A stretch of 64,000 nucleotides of DNA from an uncultured Bacillota bacterium (GCA_963804645.1 CAWDRG010000017.1:384001-448000); one strand, 5' to 3'; positions 15,432 to 26,901 are shown, counted from the stretch's first letter. The notes: generated from the sequence alone by a model not told the origin. Translations and numbers: made by a program.

Positions 15432-16214
15432 TCAGATCTTCTCGACCTGCGCGAAATCCAGTTCGACCGGCGTTTCGCGCCCGAAAATCGACACGAGAAC
15501 GCGGACTTTCTCTTTCTCCGGGAGAATTTCGTCGACGACCCCGCTGAAATCCATAAACGGACCCGAGTTGATCCGCACCGCGGAACCCTTCTGGTAGGTG
15601 ATCCGGAACTTCGGCGTCTCGTCGCCCAACTGGCGAAGAATCGCCTTGACCTCTTTGTCCTGCAGCGGCAGCGGCTTCGTGCCCGACCCCACGAAGCCGG
15701 TCACCCCCGGAGTGTTGCGCACCACGTACCACGAATCGTCATCCATGATCATCTCGACAAGCACGTACCCGGGGAACACCTTCTTCTTGGCGATCCGCCG
15801 CTTGCCGTCCTTGATCTCGATCTCGTCCTCGGTCGGCACGAGGATCCGGAAGATCTTCCCCTGGACCCCCATCGACTCGACCCGGCGCTCGAGGTTCGTC
15901 CGCACCTTGTTCTCGTACCCCGAATACGTGTGAATCACGTACCAGCGGGTGCCGGCGGCCGCGCGCGCCGCCTCCAACTCCGTAACGTCCGGTGGAGTCT
16001 CGACGATGCCTTCCGGCGTCGCCGGCACGACCTCGGGCGCCGCGGCGGCCGGCGCGTCGACCACGGCCGCCGCCTCATCCTGCGGCACCAGTACCCCTAC
16101 CGGGGTGGACTCGGGGGCGGCCGGCGGCTCGTGCGGCTCATCCCGGAACAGCTCCTGAATGAGCGCGGCGGTGTCCGGCTTAGTCCCCTGGGGTCGATTT
16201 CGGTCATCCGGCAT
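15432..16214 (-). CDS. nusG: Transcription factor NusG with an N-terminal extension
   Basis: WYVIHTYSGYENKV, FPGYVLVEM, VRNTPGVTGFVG, IFGRETPVEL; ATG after GAGGG. Confidence 0.96.
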   Translation of the reverse strand: MPDDRNRPQGTKPDTAALIQELFRDEPHEPPAAPESTPVGVLVPQDEAAAVVDAPAAAAPEVVPATPEGIVETPPDVTELEAARAAAGTRWYVIHTYSGYENKVRTNLERRVESMGVQGKIFRILVPTEDEIEIKDGKRRIAKKKVFPGYVLVEMIMDDDSWYVVRNTPGVTGFVGSGTKPLPLQDKEVKAILRQLGDETPKFRITYQKGSAVRINSGPFMDFSGVVDEILPEKEKVRVLVSIFGRETPVELDFAQVEKI

Positions 16215-16239
16215 GCGGGTTCCCTCGTGAAAGAAGTGC

Positions 16240-16548
16240 TTAGGGCTGAATGAACGGTGCGAACGCTTTGGCAAAGATCAGATCGCAGCCGCCCAGATAC
16301 AGGGCCGTCACCGTCAGGACAAAGACCACGACCAGTGACGATGCGATCAGCGTTTGGCGGTCCGGCCAGGAGACCCGGTTCAGTTCCGCCATTACATCGC
16401 GCAGGAACTGCACCGATGTGGTCCACACCTTCGGCGCGCGGCGGGCCGCCGCCGCCTTGCCCTGCCGGGCCGCGGATCTCTCAGCTGCGGTTACGCGAGC
16501 GGGCTTGCCGATCGCCGGCCCCGTGGCCCCATCGCTGGCACGCGCCAT
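16240..16548 (-). CDS. secE: Preprotein translocase SecE
   Basis: FLRDVMAELNRVSWPDR followed by one TM helix; directly upstream of nusG. Confidence 0.93.
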   Translation of the reverse strand: MARASDGATGPAIGKPARVTAAERSAARQGKAAAARRAPKVWTTSVQFLRDVMAELNRVSWPDRQTLIASSLVVVFVLTVTALYLGGCDLIFAKAFAPFIQP

Positions 16549-16594
16549 CGAAATGCCCCCTAAACAAAAAAAGACTGCCGACCTGTGCTCCCTC

Positions 16595-16622
16595 ATTATA
16601 TCAGCCCCGCGACCGCTGTCAA
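16595..16622 (-). promoter_or_regulatory. Consensus promoter for secE-nusG-rplK-rplA
   Basis: TTGACA-16 bp-TATAAT with extended -10 TG. Confidence 0.85.
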
Positions 16623-16866
16623 CGCGCTCCGCGCCGGACCCGCCGGGTGCGCGGAGATAAAACACGGCGCGGATCACGGGGCCCCAGGGCGGGGGGAGAG
16701 GGACGTGCCCCTGGAACTACGCGTCCGCGCCGCATCGAAGATGCATCCGCGTTATCTTGCTCCTTCTTAGTATCCCCGGATTCGCAAGATTCTAACCTTC
16801 GATTGGCACCCCGGCCCGACACCGGGCGTCCGGGTCTCCCGGGCCCGCCGCCGCCCGGCGGAATTC

Positions 16867-18186
16867 TCATCGGGTGCCGCAGTAACGCGCGAGGAACAGC
16901 GCGGTCCAGGTCACGGCGCGCCGGAGCTCGTCAACGGCGAGCCCCTCCTCGGGGCCGTGGCAGTGATGAATGTCGCCGGGACCAAACGTGAGGGTCGGGA
17001 TGCCGCCGAGGCGCACGAGATGGCGGGTATCGGCTACCGCGGAGAATCCCCGTGGCGCAGCCCCATGCTCGCCAAGTGCCCTCCCCGCGGCCACCATCGC
17101 GACCGCGGCGGGATGCCCGGGATCGGTCACTGCCGGCCAGCGGTCGCGGGTCGTCCATCGAACCTCGGGAGGGTGTGCGACCAGCCACGGGTCCGCGGCA
17201 GTGACCGCCGCGAGCGCGGCCTCAACCCGCCGCTCCACGTCGGACCCGGACTCCGTGCCGATCAGCCCCACGCTGTAGTGGAGATCACACCGATCGGGCA
17301 CGGCCCGGCCGGTCGGGCCCGAGTTGAGTGCCATCAGGTTCCACACGTGGCCCTGGGGCAACAGCGCCCACAGAGGATGCATATTGGTGCGATCGAGCTC
17401 GTCCCGGAGCCGTTCGAGCGCCTCGACGTACCGCCAGGCGAGGCCGATCGCGTTGACCCCGCGCCACCCCTCGCCGGGATGCGCCTTGCGTCCCGTCACT
17501 CGAATCAGAAGATCCACGGACCCGCGCGTCCCAAGACACAGGCACATCGAGGTGGGCTCCCCGACCATCGCGGCGGTTGCGGTGTACCCCTCGCGCAGGC
17601 ATTCTAGGGTCCCGGCTCCGCCCGATTCCTCGCCGATGACCGACTGAACCTGCACCCGCCGCCGCAGCCGGATGCCGGCGGCCCGGAGGGTCATCAGCGC
17701 GCCGAGAAACGTGAACAAACACCCCTTCGCGTCCGCGGCACCGAGCCCCACGATCTTGCCGTCGCGGAGCGCCCCCGCGAACGGAGGCGCCGGCCAGGAC
17801 CCGGGATCTCCGGGCCCCACGGTATCCGCATGGCTGTTCAGGAGGAGATGGGACTGCGGCAGATCCGCCGCGTCCTCGGCGGGCGCCCACCCCACGACGT
17901 TGGGACGGCCCGCAAACCCCTCGGCCGGGATCACATGCTGCAGGTCGGGATATCGCTCCCGGAGCGCATCGGCGTCCGGCTCCCACACGCGGACGCGGCA
18001 GCCCACCCGCTCCAGTTCGCCGGCGAAATACTGCTGAAACGCGCCCTCCCCGCCGGCCTCGCCATCCTGCGCCGCGGCCGGGTTCACGCTCGGCAGACGA
18101 ACACCCGCGCGCAGGCGTTCGGCGACGTCCGGGATCACGTCGCGAGCGGACCGGACGATCGCCGAGACGAGGTCGTCCATGGACAT
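16867..18186 (-). CDS. M20/ArgE-DapE family metallopeptidase or deacylase
   Basis: NSHADTV, GAADAKG, GEESGG, GEPT and C-terminal CHGPEE. Confidence 0.92.
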   Translation of the reverse strand: MSMDDLVSAIVRSARDVIPDVAERLRAGVRLPSVNPAAAQDGEAGGEGAFQQYFAGELERVGCRVRVWEPDADALRERYPDLQHVIPAEGFAGRPNVVGWAPAEDAADLPQSHLLLNSHADTVGPGDPGSWPAPPFAGALRDGKIVGLGAADAKGCLFTFLGALMTLRAAGIRLRRRVQVQSVIGEESGGAGTLECLREGYTATAAMVGEPTSMCLCLGTRGSVDLLIRVTGRKAHPGEGWRGVNAIGLAWRYVEALERLRDELDRTNMHPLWALLPQGHVWNLMALNSGPTGRAVPDRCDLHYSVGLIGTESGSDVERRVEAALAAVTAADPWLVAHPPEVRWTTRDRWPAVTDPGHPAAVAMVAAGRALGEHGAAPRGFSAVADTRHLVRLGGIPTLTFGPGDIHHCHGPEEGLAVDELRRAVTWTALFLARYCGTR

Positions 18187-18312
18187 GAGCGGGTCTGGCG
18201 CGCGCCGCCTAGCGGCGCACCTTGCCCCTTCTACACGACGTGCCGCCCGGGCCGCACCGCGGGGGCGCGTCGAATTCGGCCGACAACGCTGTGATCAGCC
18301 CGCCGGGCGCCC

Positions 18313-19551
18313 CTACCACCAACGGATCGGGCACCGGTTGAGGCGTTCCATGCCGCTGGCCGTGACGCGCCACATGTCCTCCCAACACGCGGTGCCGAAC
18401 CCCTGCCGCACCAGCATCGGCTCGATGGCGATCACCATGTTTTCCACGAGCGCGGCGGGGTTGCCCGGCGCGAACGCCGGCAGATCCTGCACTGCGCACC
18501 CGACCCCGTGGCCGCGGAAGTAGAAATCGTGCTCGTATCCCGCTTCGCGCGCCATCCGCAGGCCGATCTCGGCCAGATCGGCGATGACGATCCCCGCTCG
18601 CGCGGCGCCCGTGACGGCTTCCACGATGGCGATCTGCGTCTCCATAAACCGCCGCTGTTCGGCGGTCGGCTCGCCGCAGACGCGCTGGCGAGAGATGTCG
18701 CTGTAGTACCCCATGTACCTCCCGCCGAGATCCACGTAGACCATGTCGCCGGCACGCACGCGGTTCGCCGTCGGCGCCATGTGCTTGAATCCCGCGCGCG
18801 GGCCGGCGCAGACCGAGAGCGCGAACGCCGGGTGTTCCGCACCGGCCTTGAACATCGCATAGTTCGCCTCGGCGGCCAACTCGAATTCCGTCACGCCCGG
18901 GCGGACCGCATCCATCGCCGCACGGGCGCCCTGATCGGCGACGTCGCACGCCCTGCGCAGGACCTCCACCTCGGCCTCGCTCTTGACCGCCCGCATCTCC
19001 TTCAAGAGCGAGTCGGCGGCGGACACGCGGGCGTGGGGAAATGTCGCGTTGAGAAAGGGCCCCAGGCGGTCGACCGCGCCCGCCCCGGCCACGCCGATCG
19101 CCGCGCGGTCGCAGCCGCGCTCCCGAAGGAAGTCCTCAAGGTGATCGAGGACGGTGGCGGGGCTTGCGCTGCCGGTGACGGTGCGGGGCGCCGCGGCGCA
19201 GCGTACGTCCTCGAGCCAGCAGTCCTGAATTCCGGAGTGCATCGGCTCGCCGTGCATCACGGCGTTGGTCGTGAGGCCCGGCTCCCCGTCGGCCGGCACC
19301 ACCACCATCGTCTCGCCGCCGTAGAAATCTTCGAAGTTCGTGAGATACCGCACATGCGTGGAGTCGGCCGGATTGCCCAACACGACGACGCAGTCGAGGC
19401 CGTCGCGGGTCATCAGGGCGGCGAGCCGGCGGATCCGCCGACGGTACTCCTCGAGCGGAAACGGAAGGTTCATCCACGGGACGCGGTCCGTGTAAGCATA
19501 CGGGATCCGGCCCCAGCCGTACGGCATCGCCGGCCGATCTTTTGCGCTCAT
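18313..19551 (-). CDS. M24 Xaa-Pro peptidase family protein
   Basis: Creatinase-like N domain; RAVKSEAEV, VDLGG, YSDISR, GHGVG, IEP and WED metal ligands. Confidence 0.92.
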   Translation of the reverse strand: MSAKDRPAMPYGWGRIPYAYTDRVPWMNLPFPLEEYRRRIRRLAALMTRDGLDCVVVLGNPADSTHVRYLTNFEDFYGGETMVVVPADGEPGLTTNAVMHGEPMHSGIQDCWLEDVRCAAAPRTVTGSASPATVLDHLEDFLRERGCDRAAIGVAGAGAVDRLGPFLNATFPHARVSAADSLLKEMRAVKSEAEVEVLRRACDVADQGARAAMDAVRPGVTEFELAAEANYAMFKAGAEHPAFALSVCAGPRAGFKHMAPTANRVRAGDMVYVDLGGRYMGYYSDISRQRVCGEPTAEQRRFMETQIAIVEAVTGAARAGIVIADLAEIGLRMAREAGYEHDFYFRGHGVGCAVQDLPAFAPGNPAALVENMVIAIEPMLVRQGFGTACWEDMWRVTASGMERLNRCPIRWW

Positions 19552-19877
19552 CGAGACGTCACCGGTTCACATCCCAACAGTCCCTGTATGACCCGCTTCC
19601 CGCACCGATTTCGAGGCACTGCCGTCCTCGTCCTCCGAACCGCACCCGGCGGACGTCTTCCAAGGCTGCTGCGGGTTCTCGGGTAACGCCGTCCAAATCG
19701 GGCGCCCGGCCGATATACGCGCTCACCTTGAGTCCAGCATTTCTGTATCTAAGAGGGGGTTCAGGTGCAACCTGAGAACTGGCGAGGGACAGGGCGGTGC
19801 TGAGCCGGGGGGCGGGCGCCCGTGCAGCTCTCGGGACGCCGCTCGGCCGGCGGGACGAAGGCATGCGATGATCACGA

Positions 19878-20285
19878 ATGGGGGTGCGACCGATGGTCGA
19901 TGGGCGCTTTACGCTGATCAACGGCATCCTGCTTGATACGCAGACCGGCATGACGTGGACGCTTGTCACGGCCGAGAATCTCGACGGAAGCGCGAGCCAT
20001 TACGGGACGTGGTTTCCGCAGTTCATGCTGTCGGCATTGACTCCGTCCACGGGGCCTTCCATCGGCAACACGCTGGTCACGATCACCGGGGTGGGGCTCG
20101 TTAACGCCACGTGGGTGCGGTTCGGTCAAACGACAGTGGCCCCCACCGATATAATCTCCGACATGATGCTGACGGTGGCAACGCCGCCAGGCGTGCCGGG
20201 CACGGTCCCCGTCTTCGTCGTCAGGGTCGGGACTCACGGAACGCCGTTCGGAGAAGTATACGTCGGCGACTTTACCTACACATAG
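19878..20285 (+). CDS. Small IPT/TIG-domain protein
   Basis: ALTPSTGPSIGNTLVTITGVGL...VRFG...VATPPG..GTVPV...FTY pattern. Confidence 0.75.
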   Translation: MGVRPMVDGRFTLINGILLDTQTGMTWTLVTAENLDGSASHYGTWFPQFMLSALTPSTGPSIGNTLVTITGVGLVNATWVRFGQTTVAPTDIISDMMLTVATPPGVPGTVPVFVVRVGTHGTPFGEVYVGDFTYT

Positions 20286-20360
20286 TTCGTCGGGAAGCTG
20301 GCCAGGCGGGAGGAACGGGGCGCGACCTGGCAAACACCAGTGCGGGACTTGCGTGTTCTC

Positions 20361-20437
20361 TGGCAGGGGCGGAGGGATTCGAACCCCCGACCACTGGTTT
20401 TGGAGACCAGCGCTCTACCAAACTGAGCTACGCCCCT
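20361..20437 (-). tRNA. tRNA-Trp (CCA)
   Basis: AGGGGCGTAGCTCAG...CTCCAAA...GGTTCGAATCC...CCA. Confidence 0.98.
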
Positions 20438-20501
20438 GCGCGCGGCGGCGCGCCGCGAAGTCGTGGCGCGCCGATCACACGTCCGTTAGCGCGAGTATAC
20501 G

Positions 20502-20654
20502 CTACCGCGTCTCACGGTGTACAGTATGCTTCCGGCACCACCGGCAGTACTTGGAGTGCTCCACACGATCCGGCGTGTTCTTCTTGTTCTTCTTCGTGGT
20601 GTAGTTCCGCCGTTTGCACTCGTTGCAGGCCAGTGTGATAATGTCGCGCGCCAT
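20502..20654 (-). CDS. rpmG: 50S ribosomal protein L33 (Zn-ribbon type)
   Basis: Manual translation [58 protein letters not shown]. Confidence 0.97.
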   Translation of the reverse strand: MARDIITLACNECKRRNYTTKKNKKNTPDRVEHSKYCRWCRKHTVHRETR

Positions 20655-20779
20655 CGTTCATGCCCTCCAGTGTGCTCTGCCCGCCCCGCCTGAACGCGCG
20701 GGGACGTCAATGAACCGCCACATCGTCTTCATTATAAGTGATCGCGTCGGACCGCGGCGAACCGGCCGGGCGCCGGGCG

Positions 20780-21997
<1,218 letters not shown>

Positions 21998-22096
21998 TCC
22001 CCTGCCTCCTGCCCAGCGGTTTCCGCGCTCTCGCCCGCCGCGCGGCTCACGGGCATCAAGACGCCCCTGCCGGAATACCGACAGGGGAACAGGTCC

Positions 22097-22172
22097 TGGA
22101 GCCCACGACCGGATTCGAACCGGTGACCTTGTCCTTACCAAGGACACGCTCTGCCGCCTGAGCTACGTGGGC
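22097..22172 (-). tRNA. tRNA-Thr (GGT)
   Basis: GCCCACGTAGCTCAG...TTGGTAA...GGTTCGAATCC...CCA. Confidence 0.98.
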
Positions 22173-22186
22173 CTGCGCGCAGACTG

Positions 22187-22214
22187 ATTATAGCAGGCAC
22201 CTTTAGGGTGTCAA
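22187..22214 (-). promoter_or_regulatory. Consensus promoter for tRNA-Thr-tuf
   Basis: TTGACA-16 bp-TATAAT with extended -10 TG. Confidence 0.85.
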
Positions 22215-22368
22215 TCGAACCGCGACACGATGCGCGCCGCTGACGCAGTAGCGCCGGAGGAGTCGCCCGCGGTACCGACTAAGTAGCCCGCGGTCGGTCG
22301 TGCGGAGTCCCGGCGTAGGTCTCTACCTTCCCGCGCGAGTCCTATTCAAGGGAGATCACGGTGCCTCC

Positions 22369-23025
22369 ATGCCTGTACACACGCTCCAATTCCGCGCGGT
22401 GCTGTTCGATCTCGACGGGACCCTGATCGACTCGCACCGCCTGATCGTCGCGTCGTTCCGGCACGCGTGCCTTTCGGTGCTCGGCCGCGAGATCACCGAC
22501 GCGGACGCACAGGTCCGCTGGGGACAGCCGCTCCCGGTCCGGTTCGCCGCGGTCGCACCCGACCGCATCCCGGCACTCGTGGACGCCTACGCGGCGTACT
22601 ACAACGAGCACGAGCGGGCGCTCGCCTCGGTGTTTCCAGGTATTCCGGGGATGCTCGACGCCCTGACCCGCGCGGGACGGACGATCGGTGTGGTCACGTC
22701 GAAACGCAGCCGCGCCGCGGTGCAGGCGCTCCAGGTGCTCGCGCTGGCGCCGTGGATTACGACGACGGTCGGCGCGGATGACGTCCCGGCCCCGAAACCG
22801 GCCGCCGACCCGATACGGGAAGCGCTCCGGCGCCTGGGCGTCGACCCGGCGTCCGCGTTGATGGTCGGCGACGGCGTGTTCGATATCCAGGCCGCCCGGG
22901 CCGCGGGTGTGCGCGGCGCGGCCGCGCTGTGGGGCGTCGACGACCCGACGGGCGTGCTCGCGTGCCGGCCGGACTACGTCGTGCGCTCGCCCGACGAGGT
23001 GGCCGCGCTCGCCGCGTCAGAGTAG
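22369..23025 (+). CDS. HAD-IA hydrolase (PpaX/Gph-like)
   Basis: FDLDGTL, VTSK, KPAADP, MVGDGVFD. Confidence 0.92.
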   Translation: MPVHTLQFRAVLFDLDGTLIDSHRLIVASFRHACLSVLGREITDADAQVRWGQPLPVRFAAVAPDRIPALVDAYAAYYNEHERALASVFPGIPGMLDALTRAGRTIGVVTSKRSRAAVQALQVLALAPWITTTVGADDVPAPKPAADPIREALRRLGVDPASALMVGDGVFDIQAARAAGVRGAAALWGVDDPTGVLACRPDYVVRSPDEVAALAASE

Positions 23026-24092
23026 AGCATCGCCCGACGGACGGCGAGCCGCACCGCATCCCCCGGACGCGCGGTGTCTTCCGCCCGCCCCTCGACGCGC
23101 ACCGCGAGTTCTCCGACCTGCACCACGTATTCGATCCGGTTGCCGAGGTAACTCGCGCGCGACACCCGCCCCGCCAGCACCCCGTCCGACGCAAGCGCCA
23201 GCGCCTCCGGGCGGGCGCACACCACCACGTGGCCGCTCAACGCCGTGCCGGGCACGGTGAGGACGTGCGCATCGGTCCCATCGAGCAGCCGCACCCGGAC
23301 GCCTTGACCGTCGCGTCCGATCACGACGGCGGGGAGGAAGTTGGCCGCGCCCACAAACCCGGCGACCACGGGGTCGACCGGATGCTCGTACAGCTCGCGC
23401 GGGGTCCCGATCTGGGCGGGCCGGCCGGCCAGCAGCACCATGATCCGGTCCGACATCGCCATCGCCTCGCTCTGATCATGCGTGACGTACACGACGGTCA
23501 CGCCGAGACGCGCGTGCAGCTCTCGGAGTTCCGCCCGCATCTCCTCGCGCAGCTGCGCGTCGAGGTTGCTGAGCGGCTCGTCCAGCAGCAGCACCGCGGG
23601 CTCCATCACCAGCGCGCGCGCGAGCGCGATCCGCTGCTGCTGGCCGCCCGACAGTTCGGTCGGGTACCGGGACGCGAAGGCCTCGAGATGCACGAGGCCG
23701 AGCGCGTCGCCGGTGCGCCGCTCCATCTCGGCGCGAGAGCACCGTGCGCGGCGCAGCGGGTACGCGACGTTCTCGGCGGCGGTCATGTGGGGCCATACCG
23801 CATAGCTCTGAAACACCATCCCCATGCCCCGGCGCTCCGGCGGCACACTGATGCGCTCGTCGGCCGAGGACAGCACGCGGCCGTCGAGGAGAATCCGGCC
23901 GGCCGTCGGCGCCACAAAGCCGGCGATCATCCGAAGCGTCGTGGTCTTCCCGCACCCCGAGGGGCCGAGCAGCGTCAGGAACTCCCCGGCGCGGATCGTG
24001 AGGGTGACGTCGCGGACCGCCCAGACGGGGTCGCTTCGCCGGCCCGGCCCGGCAAACGCCTTGCCGAGGCCGTCGAGCCGCAACTCAGCCAC
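22974..24092 (-). CDS. ABC transporter ATPase (FbpC/PotA-like)
   Basis: GPSGCGKT, LSGGQQQR, LLLDEP and a TOBE-like C-terminus. Confidence 0.96.
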   Translation of the reverse strand: MAELRLDGLGKAFAGPGRRSDPVWAVRDVTLTIRAGEFLTLLGPSGCGKTTTLRMIAGFVAPTAGRILLDGRVLSSADERISVPPERRGMGMVFQSYAVWPHMTAAENVAYPLRRARCSRAEMERRTGDALGLVHLEAFASRYPTELSGGQQQRIALARALVMEPAVLLLDEPLSNLDAQLREEMRAELRELHARLGVTVVYVTHDQSEAMAMSDRIMVLLAGRPAQIGTPRELYEHPVDPVVAGFVGAANFLPAVVIGRDGQGVRVRLLDGTDAHVLTVPGTALSGHVVVCARPEALALASDGVLAGRVSRASYLGNRIEYVVQVGELAVRVEGRAEDTARPGDAVRLAVRRAMLYSDAASAATSSGERTT

Positions 24093-25812
24093 GGGTCGCC
24101 CCGTCGGCGCCCCGCAGCACGGCCCGGGACGCCAGATTAATCACCAGCAGCATCATCGTCACCAGGAACGCCAGCGCGGCGGTCAGCGTGGCCTTCCCTT
24201 CGTCGTTCAGGCCGAAAATCGTCACCCCCAGGGTCTCGTTGCCGACCGAGAACAGCAGAATCGACAGGGTCAGCTCGGCGACCGCGGGGATAAAGGCCAG
24301 CACCCAGCCGGCCGCCAGGCTCGGCCGGATAATCGGCACGACGATGTCCAGAAAGGCCTGGAGCGGGCCCGCGCCGCTGATCCGAGCGGCCTCCTCGAGC
24401 GTGCCCTGCACCTGCGCCAGGCCGGCCAGCACGGTCCGGACGCCGATTGCCAGAAACCGCGCGATATAGGCGAGAAAGATGATCCAGAATGTGTCGTACA
24501 GGCGCAGCCCGATGATCGGGATCGGCCGCAGCCACGCCAGGATCATGCCGAGCGCCACCACCGTGCCGGGGATCGCGTACGGAATCGTGATGACGAGGTC
24601 GAGCACCGCGCTGCCCCGCAGGCGCACTCGGGTCAGGAGGTACCCGAACCCGACCGCCAGCACGAGGATCAGGGTCGCCGATCCGGCGGCAAGTTCGAGG
24701 CTGTTCAAGAGCGCCCGCGGTACTTTCGGGACCGCGATCACCTCCGCGTAGTGGACCAGCGTCAGGTTGTTCGGGGCCGGCGGCAGGCCGTAGGCCCGAA
24801 TGAGCGACGTTACCAGGATCGCCGCGAGCGGCAGCACGACGCTCACCGTCACGAACGCGCCGAGGCCGCAGGCGATCGGGTACCGCCAGCGCCCGAGCGT
24901 CACCAGCGAAACGCCGCCCGCCTGCCCCCCGACGACCGCGAACCGGTTGCGCCGCTGCAGCCACCGCTGGAGCCACAGCAGCACTGCGGCGATGACAACG
25001 AGCCACATCGAGAGCGCCGCCGCAAGGTTGAGATTGTCGCGCTGGTCGAAGTTGAGAATCGTCTCATAGATGCGCGTCGTCAGCACGTAGTACCGCGCCG
25101 GGAACCCGATCACCGCGGGAATCCCGAAGTCCCCGAGCAGCGACATGAGGAGCAGCAGCGCGCCGGCGAGGAGCCCCGGGAGCATCAGCGGCACGGTGAT
25201 CTCCCAAAAGACGCCCCACGGGCCGGCGCGCGACATCCGCGCCGCCTCCTCGAGCACGGGATTCATCCGCTCGAGCACGCCGAGCGAGGCCAAGAATACG
25301 ATCGGATACCCGTACAGGACCATCACGCCGATAATCCCCACCGGCCCGTAGACGACCGCGAGCGGAGTCGCGGACCCGGTCAGCGCCATCCAAATCTGGT
25401 TGAGGTAGCCGACCGGGCTCAGCAGGTAGACCCACGCGATGGCCCCGATGAACGGCGGGATCATGTAGGGAAGCAGGAGCGCGGTCCGCCACGCGGCGCG
25501 GCCGGGCACGTCGGTCCGGCTGACGATCCACGCCAGGGCGACTCCGAGGACGATCCCGCCCGCCGTCGCGGCGACCGATACCACCAGGCTGTGGAGGAGC
25601 ACGGTGTAGACTTGGGCGTCGGCGGCCAGCTGCGCGTAGAGCGCGAGCGACAGGCGTCCGCCGGCCACGAACGAGCTCAGGACCAGCACGAACGACGGGT
25701 ACACGAGCACCGCGGCCAAGAGCGCCGCCGACGCGGCACCGACGGCGATCAGCGCGAGCCGCGCCGCGCGGGGCGGTTCGGTACGCCGCCCGGCCCCCGC
25801 CGCGAGCGTCAC
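24085..25812 (-). CDS. ABC transporter permease with two TM modules (FbpB-like)
   Basis: Two EEAAR loops and about 12 TM helices. Confidence 0.95.
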   Translation of the reverse strand: MTLAAGAGRRTEPPRAARLALIAVGAASAALLAAVLVYPSFVLVLSSFVAGGRLSLALYAQLAADAQVYTVLLHSLVVSVAATAGGIVLGVALAWIVSRTDVPGRAAWRTALLLPYMIPPFIGAIAWVYLLSPVGYLNQIWMALTGSATPLAVVYGPVGIIGVMVLYGYPIVFLASLGVLERMNPVLEEAARMSRAGPWGVFWEITVPLMLPGLLAGALLLLMSLLGDFGIPAVIGFPARYYVLTTRIYETILNFDQRDNLNLAAALSMWLVVIAAVLLWLQRWLQRRNRFAVVGGQAGGVSLVTLGRWRYPIACGLGAFVTVSVVLPLAAILVTSLIRAYGLPPAPNNLTLVHYAEVIAVPKVPRALLNSLELAAGSATLILVLAVGFGYLLTRVRLRGSAVLDLVITIPYAIPGTVVALGMILAWLRPIPIIGLRLYDTFWIIFLAYIARFLAIGVRTVLAGLAQVQGTLEEAARISGAGPLQAFLDIVVPIIRPSLAAGWVLAFIPAVAELTLSILLFSVGNETLGVTIFGLNDEGKATLTAALAFLVTMMLLVINLASRAVLRGADGATRG

Positions 25813-25845
25813 ACGATCCCCCCGAACCGCTCCGCTGCGACCGGC

Positions 25846-26901
25846 CTACTGCACGCCGAAGATGTCGGTAAACGTCTTCTTGATCTCGTCCCGGTGCGTG
25901 TTGATATACGTCAGGTTCGGCTGAATGATCTTGATCGACGACAGCGGCGGCGCCCCCGCGGGCAGCGGCACCCCCGGAAGCACCGGGATGTACGAGCGCT
26001 GCACGAACAGCGCCTGTGCGTCGGGCGTGTAGAGGTAGTTCACGAACGCCTCGGCTGCCGGCAAATTCGACGTCGCCTTCACGATCGCGATCGGGGTCGG
26101 GATGAGCACCGCGCCCTCGGACGGCACGATGTAGTCGACCGGCGACCCTTGTGACTTCGCGAACCGGACGAAGAAGTCGACGATCGACCCCACGGCGATC
26201 TCACTCGTCGAGAGCTTCTGGATGACGTCGCCGTTCGCATTGAGAATCTGCACGTCGTTCTTCTTGAGGGCCCGATAATAGTCCCACCCGAAGCCCTTCA
26301 TGCTGGCGAACGTGCCCACATTCGCGAACGCAGCGCCGGAGATAAACGGATTGGGCATCCCCGCCTTGCCGCGGTACCGCGGAGCCGCGAGGTCCCACCA
26401 CGTCGTCGGCTTGAAGTGGACCGCCATCGTGTTGAAGCCGAGCACGTTGAAGATCAGGCGGACCTCGTGCTCCTGGTTGCCGTCGTAATGGAACTCGCGC
26501 GGGACGCCGCGCGATGCCGGCGGCAGGTACGACGCCAGCAACCCTTTGGTCGACAGATCGTGCAGAAAGCCGATGTCCGCAAAGTAGAGCAGATCGGCCT
26601 GGATCTTCCCCGCCTGCTGCTCCGCCTGCACCTTGGCCTCGACGGGGCCGGTGCCGGCCCGGAACACTCGCACGGTAACGCCGGGCGTCCGTTTCATGAA
26701 GTCGCCCACGAGCAGGTTGATGTCGTCCTCTGATTCCGAGGTATACAGGTTGATGGTCCCGGAGGGCGCCTCGGCGGCTAGGGCCGCCCCGCCGCGTCCC
26801 AGCCCGACCCACGCGGTGCCACCACTCATCCCAAACCCAAGCAGCGCCGCCGCGAGCGCCACGATCAGCACGTGCCGTCCCCGGTGCCTCCAGTTCGTCA
26901 C
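25846..26901 (-). CDS. ABC substrate-binding protein (FbpA/AfuA-like)
   Basis: Signal peptide; LYTS, PTTWWDL, PSEGAV, AAEAFVNYL. Confidence 0.92.
   Translation of the reverse strand: MTNWRHRGRHVLIVALAAALLGFGMSGGTAWVGLGRGGAALAAEAPSGTINLYTSESEDDINLLVGDFMKRTPGVTVRVFRAGTGPVEAKVQAEQQAGKIQADLLYFADIGFLHDLSTKGLLASYLPPASRGVPREFHYDGNQEHEVRLIFNVLGFNTMAVHFKPTTWWDLAAPRYRGKAGMPNPFISGAAFANVGTFASMKGFGWDYYRALKKNDVQILNANGDVIQKLSTSEIAVGSIVDFFVRFAKSQGSPVDYIVPSEGAVLIPTPIAIVKATSNLPAAEAFVNYLYTPDAQALFVQRSYIPVLPGVPLPAGAPPLSSIKIIQPNLTYINTHRDEIKKTFTDIFGVQ

Noticed and set aside
19751..19790. AAGAGGG..TTCAGGTGCAACCTGAG as a cobalamin riboswitch
   Set aside because: Only the hairpin resembles it; the CCCGC.ACTGT core and B12 box are missing
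16630..20360. Active integrative element at tRNA-Trp
   Set aside because: No integrase and no duplicated tRNA 3' end found
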